Positions 16,422 to 23,937 of a stretch of DNA of 28,179 nucleotides are shown here, piece after piece. Under the pieces are notes generated by a model that worked only from the letters and a program-made list of their open reading frames with translations, was not told where the DNA came from and searched no databases. The stretch's first letter is position 1; every line of letters begins with the position of its first letter. The position numbers were made by a program, and so were the translations under genes. The stretch is from the IMG/VR virus record IMGVR_UViG_3300030372_001799, positions 1 to 28,179 of that record; one strand, 5' to 3'. This stretch comes from a virus. Lineage: Duplodnaviria > Caudoviricetes.

Positions 16422-17176
16422 TATGCTCCCGGATAATAAGTTTTAGGTGTTATGATTGTACTAGAAGGAGAACCATCTTCTGCTAATGCTCTTGCTAATT
16501 CATCTTCGTAATATAATTTTAATTGTTGTGATGCTTGTGGATTAAATTTTTGTGATAAATAAAAAGCTAATCCTGAAACCATACAAGGCACAAATCTAAA
16601 AGGTACATCTGTTGCATCTGTATAAGTTGAATCTGCATCTTGTATTCTTTTTACATAATAAATATGCATATCTTTTGATGCAGCTGTTGAATCTGGTGTT
16701 GGATATACAGTGACAGTAGTTTTATCTACAAATCTTTGAACAAAATATTGAGAGGGAGTTCCTTTAGATAATTTTGCAGATAAACTAGAATAAGTTGATC
16801 TATCAATTTTTGTCATCGCTGCATCTGATTGAGTGGTTTGAGTTCTATTTTGTCTAAACGTTGCTTCTAAAACATCTGCAACTCCATAAACATTAGATGT
16901 TGCATTTGTACTAGAACTTGTTCCATCTCCACTTGCTCTATAGAAAGTATATTCAGCTTGGCCTTCAATTAAATCAATATTAGTCTCACCTACTTCCCAG
17001 TAGTGCAAACCTCTATTACCCCATTCTTGAAAAAGAATATTTAAAGATCTTCTTGCAGATTTTAATTGGTATCCAGAACTTACTTGTGAACCTATACGTT
17101 CATATGCTTCTGCTATTAAATCATCAACAGCAAAAGTTTTATCGAAAGTAACTGTGCCGGAAGTTGTATTGGCCAT
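16421..17176 (-). CDS. Head-tail adaptor / neck protein
   Basis: 251 aa. TTSGT..F...II.EAYER.G...ARRSLN....W.NRGL..W, G.PSQYFV.R......YPTPD, DVPFRF.P..V.GLA.YL. GGAGG RBS. Confidence 0.6.
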   Translation of the reverse strand: MANTTSGTVTFDKTFAVDDLIAEAYERIGSQVSSGYQLKSARRSLNILFQEWGNRGLHYWEVGETNIDLIEGQAEYTFYRASGDGTSSSTNATSNVYGVADVLEATFRQNRTQTTQSDAAMTKIDRSTYSSLSAKLSKGTPSQYFVQRFVDKTTVTVYPTPDSTAASKDMHIYYVKRIQDADSTYTDATDVPFRFVPCMVSGLAFYLSQKFNPQASQQLKLYYEDELARALAEDGSPSSTIITPKTYYPGA

Positions 17177-17188
17177 TAGTTACCCTCC

Positions 17189-17608
17189 TTAATAAATTTT
17201 TTGAAACTCTGCTATGATTGTGTACATGTTACCAGAATCAGCGGCACCAGGCACTACAAAATTAACATCACTCTGATTACTGTTGCTTGATTTATCTGCT
17301 GGTATTCCACCAAATTCTCTAAAGTCCCAATATCCTGCGCCAGTTAATCCAATAATTGGAATATCTCCATCAGAGTCTTCCTCATCTAATCTAGCGTAAG
17401 AGTCTCCTCCATCGCCACCTTGACAAGAATACCAAACTCTAAGTAATCCTAAGTGAGCTACTGCAGTTCCATCTGCTCTAGCAGCTAATGCTGATACATC
17501 ACCAAAAACTGTAGTTCCACCTGTTCCGTCTGATTGATTAACTATTTTAATAACAACTCTTTTATCATTTTGTTGTAGGATAGTTGGTCCTGTTACTGTG
17601 TCTGCCAT
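17189..17608 (-). CDS. Hypothetical virion structural protein
   Basis: 139-aa beta-rich protein (SDGTG...DVSAL...G.WDFREFGGIP...YTII.E..K.Y). Strong AAGGAGG RBS. Confidence 0.6.
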   Translation of the reverse strand: MADTVTGPTILQQNDKRVVIKIVNQSDGTGGTTVFGDVSALAARADGTAVAHLGLLRVWYSCQGGDGGDSYARLDEEDSDGDIPIIGLTGAGYWDFREFGGIPADKSSNSNQSDVNFVVPGAADSGNMYTIIAEFQKIY

Positions 17609-17624
17609 TTGTTTCCCTCCTTAA

Positions 17625-17653
17625 TTAAGAAACTGTGGGGCCGAAGCCCCACA
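17625..17653 (-). terminator. Probable intrinsic terminator (leaky) or stability hairpin
   Basis: mRNA: UGUGGGGC-UUCG-GCCCCACA (8 bp, cUUCGg tetraloop) followed by GUUUCUUAA, about 10 nt after the stop of 17664-18170. Confidence 0.7.
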
Positions 17654-17663
17654 TAATTATTTA

Positions 17664-18170
17664 TTATTGATCTGCAAATGCAGGTACGTCTGCACCTTCT
17701 GCTGAGCCCCAAATGTAATAGTTTGTGCTATCTTTAGCCAAAATATTTATCTCAAATATACCAAAATCTGTAAGAGTTAGTTTTGAGTTAGAGTTTCCAT
17801 CAGAATAAACAGATACGTTATCAGCGTTTGAATCTAAGTGAACAATACCACCAATGAAAAAATTAGTATTTCCTGGTGTTATTATAATTAAATTTTCTGC
17901 TTCCTCTGCAGCACCACCATAAATAAATTTAAAGTGTGAGCCAGCAACTGGTGCAGGTAATGTAATTGTTCTGTTTGATCCAAGTGCAGGAACTACAAGA
18001 GTTCTTCCACTGTGTGTTGCGTTATCAAGAGTTTTATCTTCATCTCCTAATGCAACTGGTCCATCACCTAAAGTGATGACTTCAGTAATTGCTCCAGTGC
18101 TAGAGTTTTTACTTACTGTTTTAAATGTATCTTCAGATCTTACCGGACCTGAAAAAGTTGTTTTAGCCAT
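17664..18170 (-). CDS. Putative capsid decoration/head fibre protein
   Basis: Start moved from 18212 to the ATG at 18170 (MAKTTFSGPVRS), which has an AGGAGG RBS; 168 aa. Contains HSGR.......TITLPAP.AG..FKF, a motif I recall from phage head-fibre-like proteins. Confidence 0.6.
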   Translation of the reverse strand: MAKTTFSGPVRSEDTFKTVSKNSSTGAITEVITLGDGPVALGDEDKTLDNATHSGRTLVVPALGSNRTITLPAPVAGSHFKFIYGGAAEEAENLIIITPGNTNFFIGGIVHLDSNADNVSVYSDGNSNSKLTLTDFGIFEINILAKDSTNYYIWGSAEGADVPAFADQ

Positions 18171-18189
18171 AATATTCCTCCTAGAATAT

Positions 18190-18238
18190 TTGAATATAGT
18201 CCCTAGGGGCATGTCGACTATACGCGTCTATATTCAGT
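18190..18238 (-). ncRNA. Candidate structured cis-regulatory leader RNA
   Basis: UGAAUAUAG...CUAUAUUCA 9-bp outer stem enclosing ACGCGUAUAGUCGACAUGCCCCUAGGGA. It lies between a promoter and the RBS. Confidence 0.5.
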
Positions 18239-18263
18239 TTATTTTAAATTGTATAGTGTGTTT

Positions 18264-18292
18264 TTTATACAACAGTTTTAAGTAGAGCGCAA
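18264..18292 (-). promoter_or_regulatory. Sigma70-type promoter with an overlapping inverted repeat
   Basis: Minus strand reads TTGCGC-N17-TATAAA. The inverted repeat TTGTATA-N10-TATACAA (18249-18272) overlaps the -10 box and the start site. Confidence 0.55.
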
Positions 18293-18339
18293 GAGAGCCT
18301 GTAATGTGGATTGGATTTTTCCAACGATGTAGCTTTTTA

Positions 18340-18561
18340 TTAAGTAGCTACAGAAACTTGTGGTTGAGAGCTTTCTATCTTATTTTGCAAATGCTCTTTT
18401 TTAGCTTCTGCAAGTTTTATATGGTTAATTACTTCTCTGACTTTTCTGTCAATCTTAACCATATTGAGAGTATATCTACCCTCTTTAAGATGCTCCTGCT
18501 CCCACTCCAGATCTAGACCCTTCTTCTGTGTGTAAAGGTCGTTCAGATGTGATTGCACCAT
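18340..18561 (-). CDS. Small coiled-coil hypothetical protein
   Basis: 73 aa. GAGGAGG RBS before the ATG. Confidence 0.7.
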   Translation of the reverse strand: MVQSHLNDLYTQKKGLDLEWEQEHLKEGRYTLNMVKIDRKVREVINHIKLAEAKKEHLQNKIESSQPQVSVAT

Positions 18562-18757
18562 CTATAACCTCCTCATAGGTTATTCTGTTTATCTTTGGAT
18601 CATTCATTTCTCCAAGATATTCCCATTTTATATCACCTTTTCCCAATCTGTCAACAATTGAATTTTCTATATCTAATGGGCCATCGAGGCTATTTATAAC
18701 AAATTCAGTACCATATTGGTACGCATATATTTTTACAATGAAGTTTTTAGGGTGCAT
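18485..18757 (-). CDS. Hypothetical protein
   Basis: 90 aa, AAAGGA RBS. The 3' end overlaps the next gene by 77 nt. Confidence 0.6.
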   Translation of the reverse strand: MHPKNFIVKIYAYQYGTEFVINSLDGPLDIENSIVDRLGKGDIKWEYLGEMNDPKINRITYEEVIDGAITSERPLHTEEGSRSGVGAGAS

Positions 18758-18777
18758 TTTTCCTTTCTATTTTATGA

Positions 18778-18804
18778 TTGTGGCGGAACTATGTCCCGCC
18801 ACAA
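18778..18804 (-). terminator. Strong hairpin after the capsid gene (terminator-like but without a 3' U-tract)
   Basis: mRNA: UUGUGGCGGGAC-AUA-GUUCCGCCACAA, 12 bp with one G-U pair, 12 nt after the MCP stop. Confidence 0.55.
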
Positions 18805-18816
18805 AAAATTAAAGTA

Positions 18817-19725
18817 TTACGCTCCTGGTGAACCGAAAATACCTCTAGGGTCAGATACTCCAAATACGTATCTTTCTCTAGCTTTGTATCTTACGTTTCC
18901 AGTGTCGAAGTCACCTTCCATTTTAGTAGTCAATGGAGATCTTTCGAAATGTTTCATACCATTTGGCACGTCTGTAATAATCATGAACGCATCAGTATCT
19001 GTTAAGAAATTGTTAACAGAGTATCCTTGAGGAATCATCCCCATAGATTTGATAGCGTTGACATCATTATCAGCAGTTCCAACTCTACCAGCAGAAGCCA
19101 TAAGTCTTTCAGCTGTGAATTGTAGTGCAGATGGAATGACCATCTTCATACCCTTAGCAGCAATTTTTAAACCTCTTTCATCTGTAAGAGCTGCGATGTC
19201 TATTAAAGACTGCTCCAAAGATGTTTCGTTTAAATCCGCTGCAGTTGCTAGTGTGTTCGAAAACGTTCCAGCAATTGTTGGGTGCGCTGTGTTAAATAAA
19301 GTTACACCATCACCTGAATTGAAACTGCCACCAGGCATTCCATTATTAAGTGGGTTAACCGCTTTAACTTGTTTAGTTTGAGCCATAGATCTTGCTAAAG
19401 CTTTTGTATATCTAGAAGCAAGTCTGTCATACAGGTTGTCTTCAATAGCTTCCTCAGTGATAGCAAAAGCGAGAGCAATTGTCTCGTTAGTGTATCTTGC
19501 TGTGAAAGTTTCTTGAGCTTGATCGTACTTAACACCAGAACCTTCCGGTTTTACTGATGCTTGTGCGAATCCTGATAACATAACTTCTTCTTCAAAAGCT
19601 CTGTCAGATGACTCAGTTGTATAAATCTCAGCTGACTGATTTTCATACTGTTTATATTCCAGACCGAATAAAGCATTCAAACCTGGCTCTAGTTCTTTGA
19701 CTAGTTGATTACGTGATATTGCCAT
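18817..19725 (-). CDS. Major capsid protein (HK97 fold)
   Basis: 302 aa. MAISRNQLVKELEPGLNALFGLEY...SSDRAFEEEVMLSGF...FAITEEAIEDNLY...DFDTGNVRYKARERY.FG.SDPRGIFGSPGA, which I recognise from marine podophage MCPs. AAGGAGG RBS. Confidence 0.9.
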   Translation of the reverse strand: MAISRNQLVKELEPGLNALFGLEYKQYENQSAEIYTTESSDRAFEEEVMLSGFAQASVKPEGSGVKYDQAQETFTARYTNETIALAFAITEEAIEDNLYDRLASRYTKALARSMAQTKQVKAVNPLNNGMPGGSFNSGDGVTLFNTAHPTIAGTFSNTLATAADLNETSLEQSLIDIAALTDERGLKIAAKGMKMVIPSALQFTAERLMASAGRVGTADNDVNAIKSMGMIPQGYSVNNFLTDTDAFMIITDVPNGMKHFERSPLTTKMEGDFDTGNVRYKARERYVFGVSDPRGIFGSPGA

Positions 19726-19737
19726 AGTTATTCCTCC

Positions 19738-20319
19738 TTATATTCCGGCTCTTTGGGTATTTTGACCGATCAAGATGTGTTCTCTAATCTGAACTCTAAG
19801 AGCAAAGCCCTCAACAGTTGTATCAGAGTGATCAGGATCTCTCGAAACCCCTAGGATAAACAATTGTGCTTGAGTGTTCGCAGTTGTAGCAGAAATCTTT
19901 GATTTCGACATATACAACGGTGAAGCTCCTGCCTCTAGCACTTGATCCGCACAGTGTCCAACCTCATTTTGGTTGAAAGCTGTATCAGCAGACATTACTT
20001 CGAACATCTGCATAGGATCGTCATTTATGAAAGCAACAATATCCGTAGCAGTGTTAGCTGCTGGCGAATAGTTGCTCCACGTTGGTTTACTTGTTGTAGC
20101 GTCAGTATAAAATACTCCATTCAAGGTACCCAGATTATTTACATCTGTGTTTCCTGAAGCAAGCACAACTCCGTCTGCTGTTAATTGACACAAAGCTGCG
20201 TGTGAAATTAAAGCTGATGAAGCCGCAACACTGTACTCAGAAAGTCCAGTGCTGTTATAGTTCTGCGCTATCTTTTTAATGGGTCTAAAACCGAACCCAG
20301 TAGTTGACGCATTAGCCAT
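19738..20319 (-). CDS. Putative capsid cement/decoration protein
   Basis: 193 aa directly upstream of MCP. MAN....FGFRP...G..NGVFYTD..T.KPTW...V.DDP...FEV. AAGGAG RBS. Confidence 0.55.
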   Translation of the reverse strand: MANASTTGFGFRPIKKIAQNYNSTGLSEYSVAASSALISHAALCQLTADGVVLASGNTDVNNLGTLNGVFYTDATTSKPTWSNYSPAANTATDIVAFINDDPMQMFEVMSADTAFNQNEVGHCADQVLEAGASPLYMSKSKISATTANTQAQLFILGVSRDPDHSDTTVEGFALRVQIREHILIGQNTQRAGI

Positions 20320-20335
20320 GTTGTTTTCTCCTTAT

Positions 20336-20362
20336 GTACCTGCCCTTGCGGGCCTCCAGTAC
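20336..20362 (-). promoter_or_regulatory. GNRA-capped hairpin abutting the RBS of the cement/MCP genes
   Basis: mRNA: GUAC-UGGAG-GCCC-GCAA-GGGC-AG-GUAC, followed directly by AUAAGGAG. Confidence 0.55.
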
Positions 20363-20398
20363 GGTTAATGTCATTCGTTGGGTCGATTAGTTAAAATT

Positions 20399-20890
20399 CT
20401 AACTTTTCTTACCACCGAAGGTCGTACGAGATTGTCTATCAATATTGATAGGCATTCCCTTATGCTGTTCCTTCATAAGATCGTTGTCTATTGCCGTCTG
20501 TTGATCTTGCGCTTGTTGTGCAAAATACTCTTGTCTGGCTTTTGCGATCTCTTCCGGTACCCTAGTCAGCACTAGGCCTCCGTGCCCGATAACCCCTGCG
20601 TATTTGCCGTCTGCGATTGCTGGAAAGTCCTCATTAGGATATTCGTCGGCTCTTACTAACTCATACCCGGACCTTAAGCGTCCTTGTATGTTTTTCGTGT
20701 CAACAAATCCCAAGACTTCTATCCTGACCCATCTGTGTCTGAATCCGTCTGGCGCGTTGGGCGTATCTAAGTACGATGGTGGAGCCCAAACTTTTGGTTG
20801 CACTTTTGGTGCTACCGTTTTTGATTGTGATTTTACTTTTGTAGAATCACTTTTAGTTTGACTCGCACGAGTTGGTTTTTTATTTTCCAT
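20399..20890 (-). CDS. Conserved head-module hypothetical protein
   Basis: 163 aa. W.PPS.LD.P.APDGFRHRWVR....G..D.KN...R.R.GYELVR...GGL.L.R.PEE....R..YF. Confidence 0.7.
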   Translation of the reverse strand: MENKKPTRASQTKSDSTKVKSQSKTVAPKVQPKVWAPPSYLDTPNAPDGFRHRWVRIEVLGFVDTKNIQGRLRSGYELVRADEYPNEDFPAIADGKYAGVIGHGGLVLTRVPEEIAKARQEYFAQQAQDQQTAIDNDLMKEQHKGMPINIDRQSRTTFGGKKS

Positions 20891-20894
20891 ATGC

Positions 20895-21944
20895 CTATAC
20901 CTCCTTCGTGTTCATAAGTTGTTTCGCATACTCTTCTAGTGGCACACCTAATTTTTTCGCTATCGCGACTTGAGAAGATGTGAGTCTCACTTCTTTGCGA
21001 CCAGTCTTTGTACTACGCGTTGCAGAGGCAACGTTCTGTGTAGGTTTACTAGTCTGTTTTTCTTCTACAGGTTTATCAAATTTATGCGGGAATTCAAGTC
21101 TTATTCTCTTGTCAACCTCTGCATAATATTCGTCAGATTGTGGGTCCATACCCTCTTCTTCTGTTAACTTCCTATGTAGATCGAATGCTGTGTAAGTCAT
21201 GGCATTATCTGTGCCAAACCACTCATTTTTATCTGCCCAAGCCTCTGCTTTAGGGTCTCGAACAGGTTGCTGTTGTTGTCTTACTTGTTGTTGTGGAACA
21301 GGTCTTTCTTTAGCTGCTGTCTCTTCCATTTGATGTTGAGTCTTTATTTCAGCTAATTTACCTTGTTCATAACCTAACTGAGAAATAGCCGTTAAGGCTT
21401 CTACCTCAGCTTTAGAGTCTTCGTTAGTTCTTGCTGCTGCAAGTTTTGCTTGCGCTGCTGCTAACTGTCCAGATATTCTATTCTCCATTTCTGTAGCATA
21501 GTTTTTATCTAAAGATGTAGACTTAGCTTCAAACTGGTCTCTTTCTCTTTTAACTCTTTGTGCAAAAGCAATGGCTTCTTCTTTTTGCCTTTCTGCTTCA
21601 CGCATTTTCTTAGTAAGTTTAGCTATTCTTTTCTTAACTCCTTCAGAATATTCTTCAACTTGCTTTTGGTTATCTGGTTGTTTATCACTCCCTTTTTCAT
21701 CAACTTTCTGTTCAACCTTTCCGCCTTCGTCCTTTTCATCTCGAACATCAGACTGCTCGCTAGGTTTCTCAGATGTATCAGTGGGCTGATCATCGTATTT
21801 AATAATTGCTTCATCTTTTTTTACCTCGTTCTCGTATGTTTTATCTGCTTCGTTCTCTTTTTCTGGTAGCTGTACGCTTGCACCCGGTCCGGATGTATCT
21901 AAATCGACCATAGGCTCCTTAGATAGTTTTTCTTCTTCTGGCAT
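20895..21944 (-). CDS. Capsid scaffolding protein
   Basis: 349 aa. Acidic N-terminus, coiled coil (YS.GVKKRI.KLT.K.REAER), W...N.WFG, and C-terminal V.LT.SQVAIAKKLGVPLEEYAK helix. Upstream of MCP. Confidence 0.7.
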   Translation of the reverse strand: MPEEEKLSKEPMVDLDTSGPGASVQLPEKENEADKTYENEVKKDEAIIKYDDQPTDTSEKPSEQSDVRDEKDEGGKVEQKVDEKGSDKQPDNQKQVEEYSEGVKKRIAKLTKKMREAERQKEEAIAFAQRVKRERDQFEAKSTSLDKNYATEMENRISGQLAAAQAKLAAARTNEDSKAEVEALTAISQLGYEQGKLAEIKTQHQMEETAAKERPVPQQQVRQQQQPVRDPKAEAWADKNEWFGTDNAMTYTAFDLHRKLTEEEGMDPQSDEYYAEVDKRIRLEFPHKFDKPVEEKQTSKPTQNVASATRSTKTGRKEVRLTSSQVAIAKKLGVPLEEYAKQLMNTKEV

Positions 21945-21964
21945 AGTTTTTCTCCTTTTCTATG

Positions 21965-22405
21965 TTAAAATTCGTGGAATATATCTTCGGGGTTTTCCAC
22001 GGTCGCTAAAACTTCATCATCATTAAGAAGTCTTATCTCACCCCCATCTATTTTAATTCGTGATCCTGCATATCTTGCAAAGATAATCCAATCACCTTTC
22101 TTGCACCAGGAACCCTCTGGATATCTTTCTTTATCATAACAGTGTGGGCCCATATCTAAAACTAATCCACAAGTTGATGCTACTTGTGAACGTTCTACTG
22201 TTTCGTCTGCTAATAATATACCACCTTTAGTTTTTTCTTTTTGTTTAAAAGGTAAAACTAAAATTCTCCAACCTGTTGGACTGGGAAGTTTTGATGATTC
22301 GTTAATTTCTTTTTTTTTAGTTGGTTTTACGCCTACTAATTCTTTATTGGGTAACTCAATTGTCGGTTTTTGAGTTGATGTTGATAACGGTTCCGTCTTT
22401 GTCAT
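21965..22405 (-). CDS. groES: Co-chaperonin GroES (Cpn10)-like protein
   Basis: P.G.RILV....KEKTKGGILL...G.V..MGP...KKGD.IIF.RYAG..IKIDG.E..LLNDDEVLA.V matches the Cpn10 pattern, including the mobile-loop GGI motif. Confidence 0.9.
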   Translation of the reverse strand: MTKTEPLSTSTQKPTIELPNKELVGVKPTKKKEINESSKLPSPTGWRILVLPFKQKEKTKGGILLADETVERSQVASTCGLVLDMGPHCYDKERYPEGSWCKKGDWIIFARYAGSRIKIDGGEIRLLNDDEVLATVENPEDIFHEF

Positions 22406-22592
22406 TTTGCTCCTTTTTGTTTAGCAGGCTGGATATTTCCTGACTTAAATATTGATACGTTCGTATCTGACCTAACATATAATTGTATTTTTCCATATTG
22501 TCAACACCACCAGACGCCATAGCTGACACAACATCATCATGTCTCATTCTAATTATTTTTCTTATCTTGTCTATAAATGTCATTTCATCCAT
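22356..22592 (-). CDS. Small hypothetical protein upstream of GroES
   Basis: 78 aa, helical (G.V.NMEKY.YMLGQI). TAATG coupling. Confidence 0.7.
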   Translation of the reverse strand: MDEMTFIDKIRKIIRMRHDDVVSAMASGGVDNMEKYNYMLGQIRTYQYLSQEISSLLNKKEQNDKDGTVININSKTDN

Positions 22593-22708
22593 TATTTCTT
22601 TTTCCTTTTTTTAACTATTTTGCTACCATATTTTTTACTCCATTTTTTTGCAATGGTAGGTTTTTTTGCAAATAAATACTTTCGTTGTTTTTCAGATCTA
22701 AAGGGCAT
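22592..22708 (-). CDS. 38-aa basic protein (not in the ORF track)
   Basis: Hand translation: MPFRSEKQRKYLFAKKPTIAKKWSKKYGSKIVKKRKKK*. GGGAG RBS and TAATG overlap with the downstream gene. Confidence 0.75.
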   Translation of the reverse strand: MPFRSEKQRKYLFAKKPTIAKKWSKKYGSKIVKKRKKK

Positions 22709-22913
22709 TTCTAGGCTCCCTAAAATCTTTAATTGCTTGTAACTTTTCTTGAGCATCTGCAATTTTTTGAAACTGTTTATCTATCTCATCTATGTGTTGT
22801 GGGTGCTCACCAATACCTACAGAATTTTCTAAATATATTTTAATTGTAGCGTCGGCTTCTGAAATTTGTGCGGTATATCTATCTTCTAGTGCGTCTAATA
22901 TTGCATTTTTCAT
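22698..22913 (-). CDS. Small hypothetical protein
   Basis: 71 aa with YL.N.VGIGEHPQ..DEID, a motif I recall from marine phages. Confidence 0.75.
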   Translation of the reverse strand: MKNAILDALEDRYTAQISEADATIKIYLENSVGIGEHPQHIDEIDKQFQKIADAQEKLQAIKDFREPRNAL

Positions 22914-23195
22914 TTAACATTTCCATCTTCTACGTGCCTGTCTTAGTCGTGAGTTTGGATTAGCCGCAGCTTTAGGAAATTGTTTCATTTGTCCTGCACT
23001 TCTTGCGCAGTAAGATTTTCGCCTTTTAGCGGCAGCGGACCCTTTTTTAACTTTACCAGTCACAGCTGTTTTTAATTTTGAACCGGGATTTTTTCTTCTG
23101 TAGGCAGCGACACCGGCTCGTGTCATACCCGCTCCAGACTTCGTAGGTCTGAAGTTTTTCTTGTTTCTAGCTGGCATATTGTCAGCTTTACGCAT
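22914..23195 (-). CDS. Small basic protein (DUF6321-like)
   Basis: 93 aa. GAGMT.AGV.AYRR.NPGSKLKTAVT...RRKSYCARS.G...R..WKC. Confidence 0.7.
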   Translation of the reverse strand: MRKADNMPARNKKNFRPTKSGAGMTRAGVAAYRRKNPGSKLKTAVTGKVKKGSAAAKRRKSYCARSAGQMKQFPKAAANPNSRLRQARRRWKC

Positions 23196-23497
23196 TACGC
23201 CTTCTTAGCAGTTTTCGCAGATCTTTTTAATGCCTTTGTACTTACAGTTCCTTTACCTGGTCTGCTTGTACCTGCTTTTTTTCTTTTGTTCATGTAGTAG
23301 TAAAGTCCTTTTTTAACTCTTCTACCATCTTTAGTTGTGTGATATGCGCTACCACCTTTTTTAGCTTCAAAACGTGCTCCCATTCCTTTAGCCATTCCTT
23401 TAGCTCTTGCCATTTCATAACTAGATTTTTTTCCGTCTCCGTCCAAATCTCTAGCTTTAATAACTTTTTTATTTCCCATTCCAAATTTTTTAGTCAT
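23195..23497 (-). CDS. Small basic protein
   Basis: 100 aa, Lys-rich. Contains DLDGDGKKSSYE (EF-hand-like loop) and KKGG. AAGGAG RBS. Confidence 0.7.
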   Translation of the reverse strand: MTKKFGMGNKKVIKARDLDGDGKKSSYEMARAKGMAKGMGARFEAKKGGSAYHTTKDGRRVKKGLYYYMNKRKKAGTSRPGKGTVSTKALKRSAKTAKKA

Positions 23498-23506
23498 ACT
23501 TCTCCT

Positions 23507-23626
23507 TTATCTAACGTTTACTTCAATGTGTTCTCCGCAATCTTTACAAAATTTAGCATGTGTACTAATAAATTTGTTATGTTTGCAGAATAACTGTTTT
23601 ATTTTTTTAACAATTTTTTTAATCAT
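23507..23626 (-). CDS. 39-aa putative Zn-binding peptide (not in the ORF track)
   Basis: Hand translation: MIKKIVKKIKQLFCKHNKFISTHAKFCKDCGEHIEVNVR*. CxH...CxxC pattern and TAATG coupling. Confidence 0.65.
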   Translation of the reverse strand: MIKKIVKKIKQLFCKHNKFISTHAKFCKDCGEHIEVNVR

Positions 23627-23937
23627 TATTTGTTAATTTTTCCAGACTTTTTAGCTTTGCTTCCAAATTTTCCATAAGACTCATCTCTAGAAGCTTTTAA
23701 TTGCTTCTTAGTTCTTTTCTTACGAATTCTCATAGCAATAGACTCATCTTTTCTATCTTTGTAACCTTGTTTCTTTTTCTTAACTCGGCCACCTTTTTTA
23801 TACATAGCACCACCTTCCATGCCCATGTCTGATGGATAATAACCAGATCTCATATCTCTTCTCATTACTCCACCACCCATAGCTTTTACTCTGCCTCTAG
23901 GTTCTGCTACTTGTTTATTATATCTTGGATTTGCCAT
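23626..23937 (-). CDS. Small basic protein
   Basis: 103 aa. AMGGGV, YKKGGRV, QGY.DRKDES...SRDESYGK.G. GGAGG RBS. Confidence 0.75.
   Translation of the reverse strand: MANPRYNKQVAEPRGRVKAMGGGVMRRDMRSGYYPSDMGMEGGAMYKKGGRVKKKKQGYKDRKDESIAMRIRKKRTKKQLKASRDESYGKFGSKAKKSGKINK

Noticed and set aside
18171-18212. Longer N-terminus (MPLGTIFKYSRRNI) given by the ORF track
   Set aside because: The AGGAGG RBS lies inside this stretch, just before the ATG at 18170. The stretch is better read as structured leader.
18805-18830. Possible frameshift or read-through extension of the capsid protein, as in T7 10B
   Set aside because: The gene ends in TAA with no evident slippery heptamer before it.
18190-20398. 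Intergenic structures as tRNAs or known ribozymes (hammerhead, HDV-like)
   Set aside because: No cloverleaf or T-loop and no CUGAnGA/GAAA core seen. They are kept only as unclassified candidates.
1305-23484. Alternative-frame minus-strand ORFs (1305-1508, 7913-8110, 10161-10430, 10800-10994, 11781-12164, 21623-21814, 23290-23484)
   Set aside because: They are nested in longer genes. The Val/Glu-rich translations are frame-shifted readings of GGT/GGA runs, and I saw no slippery site or RBS supporting expression.
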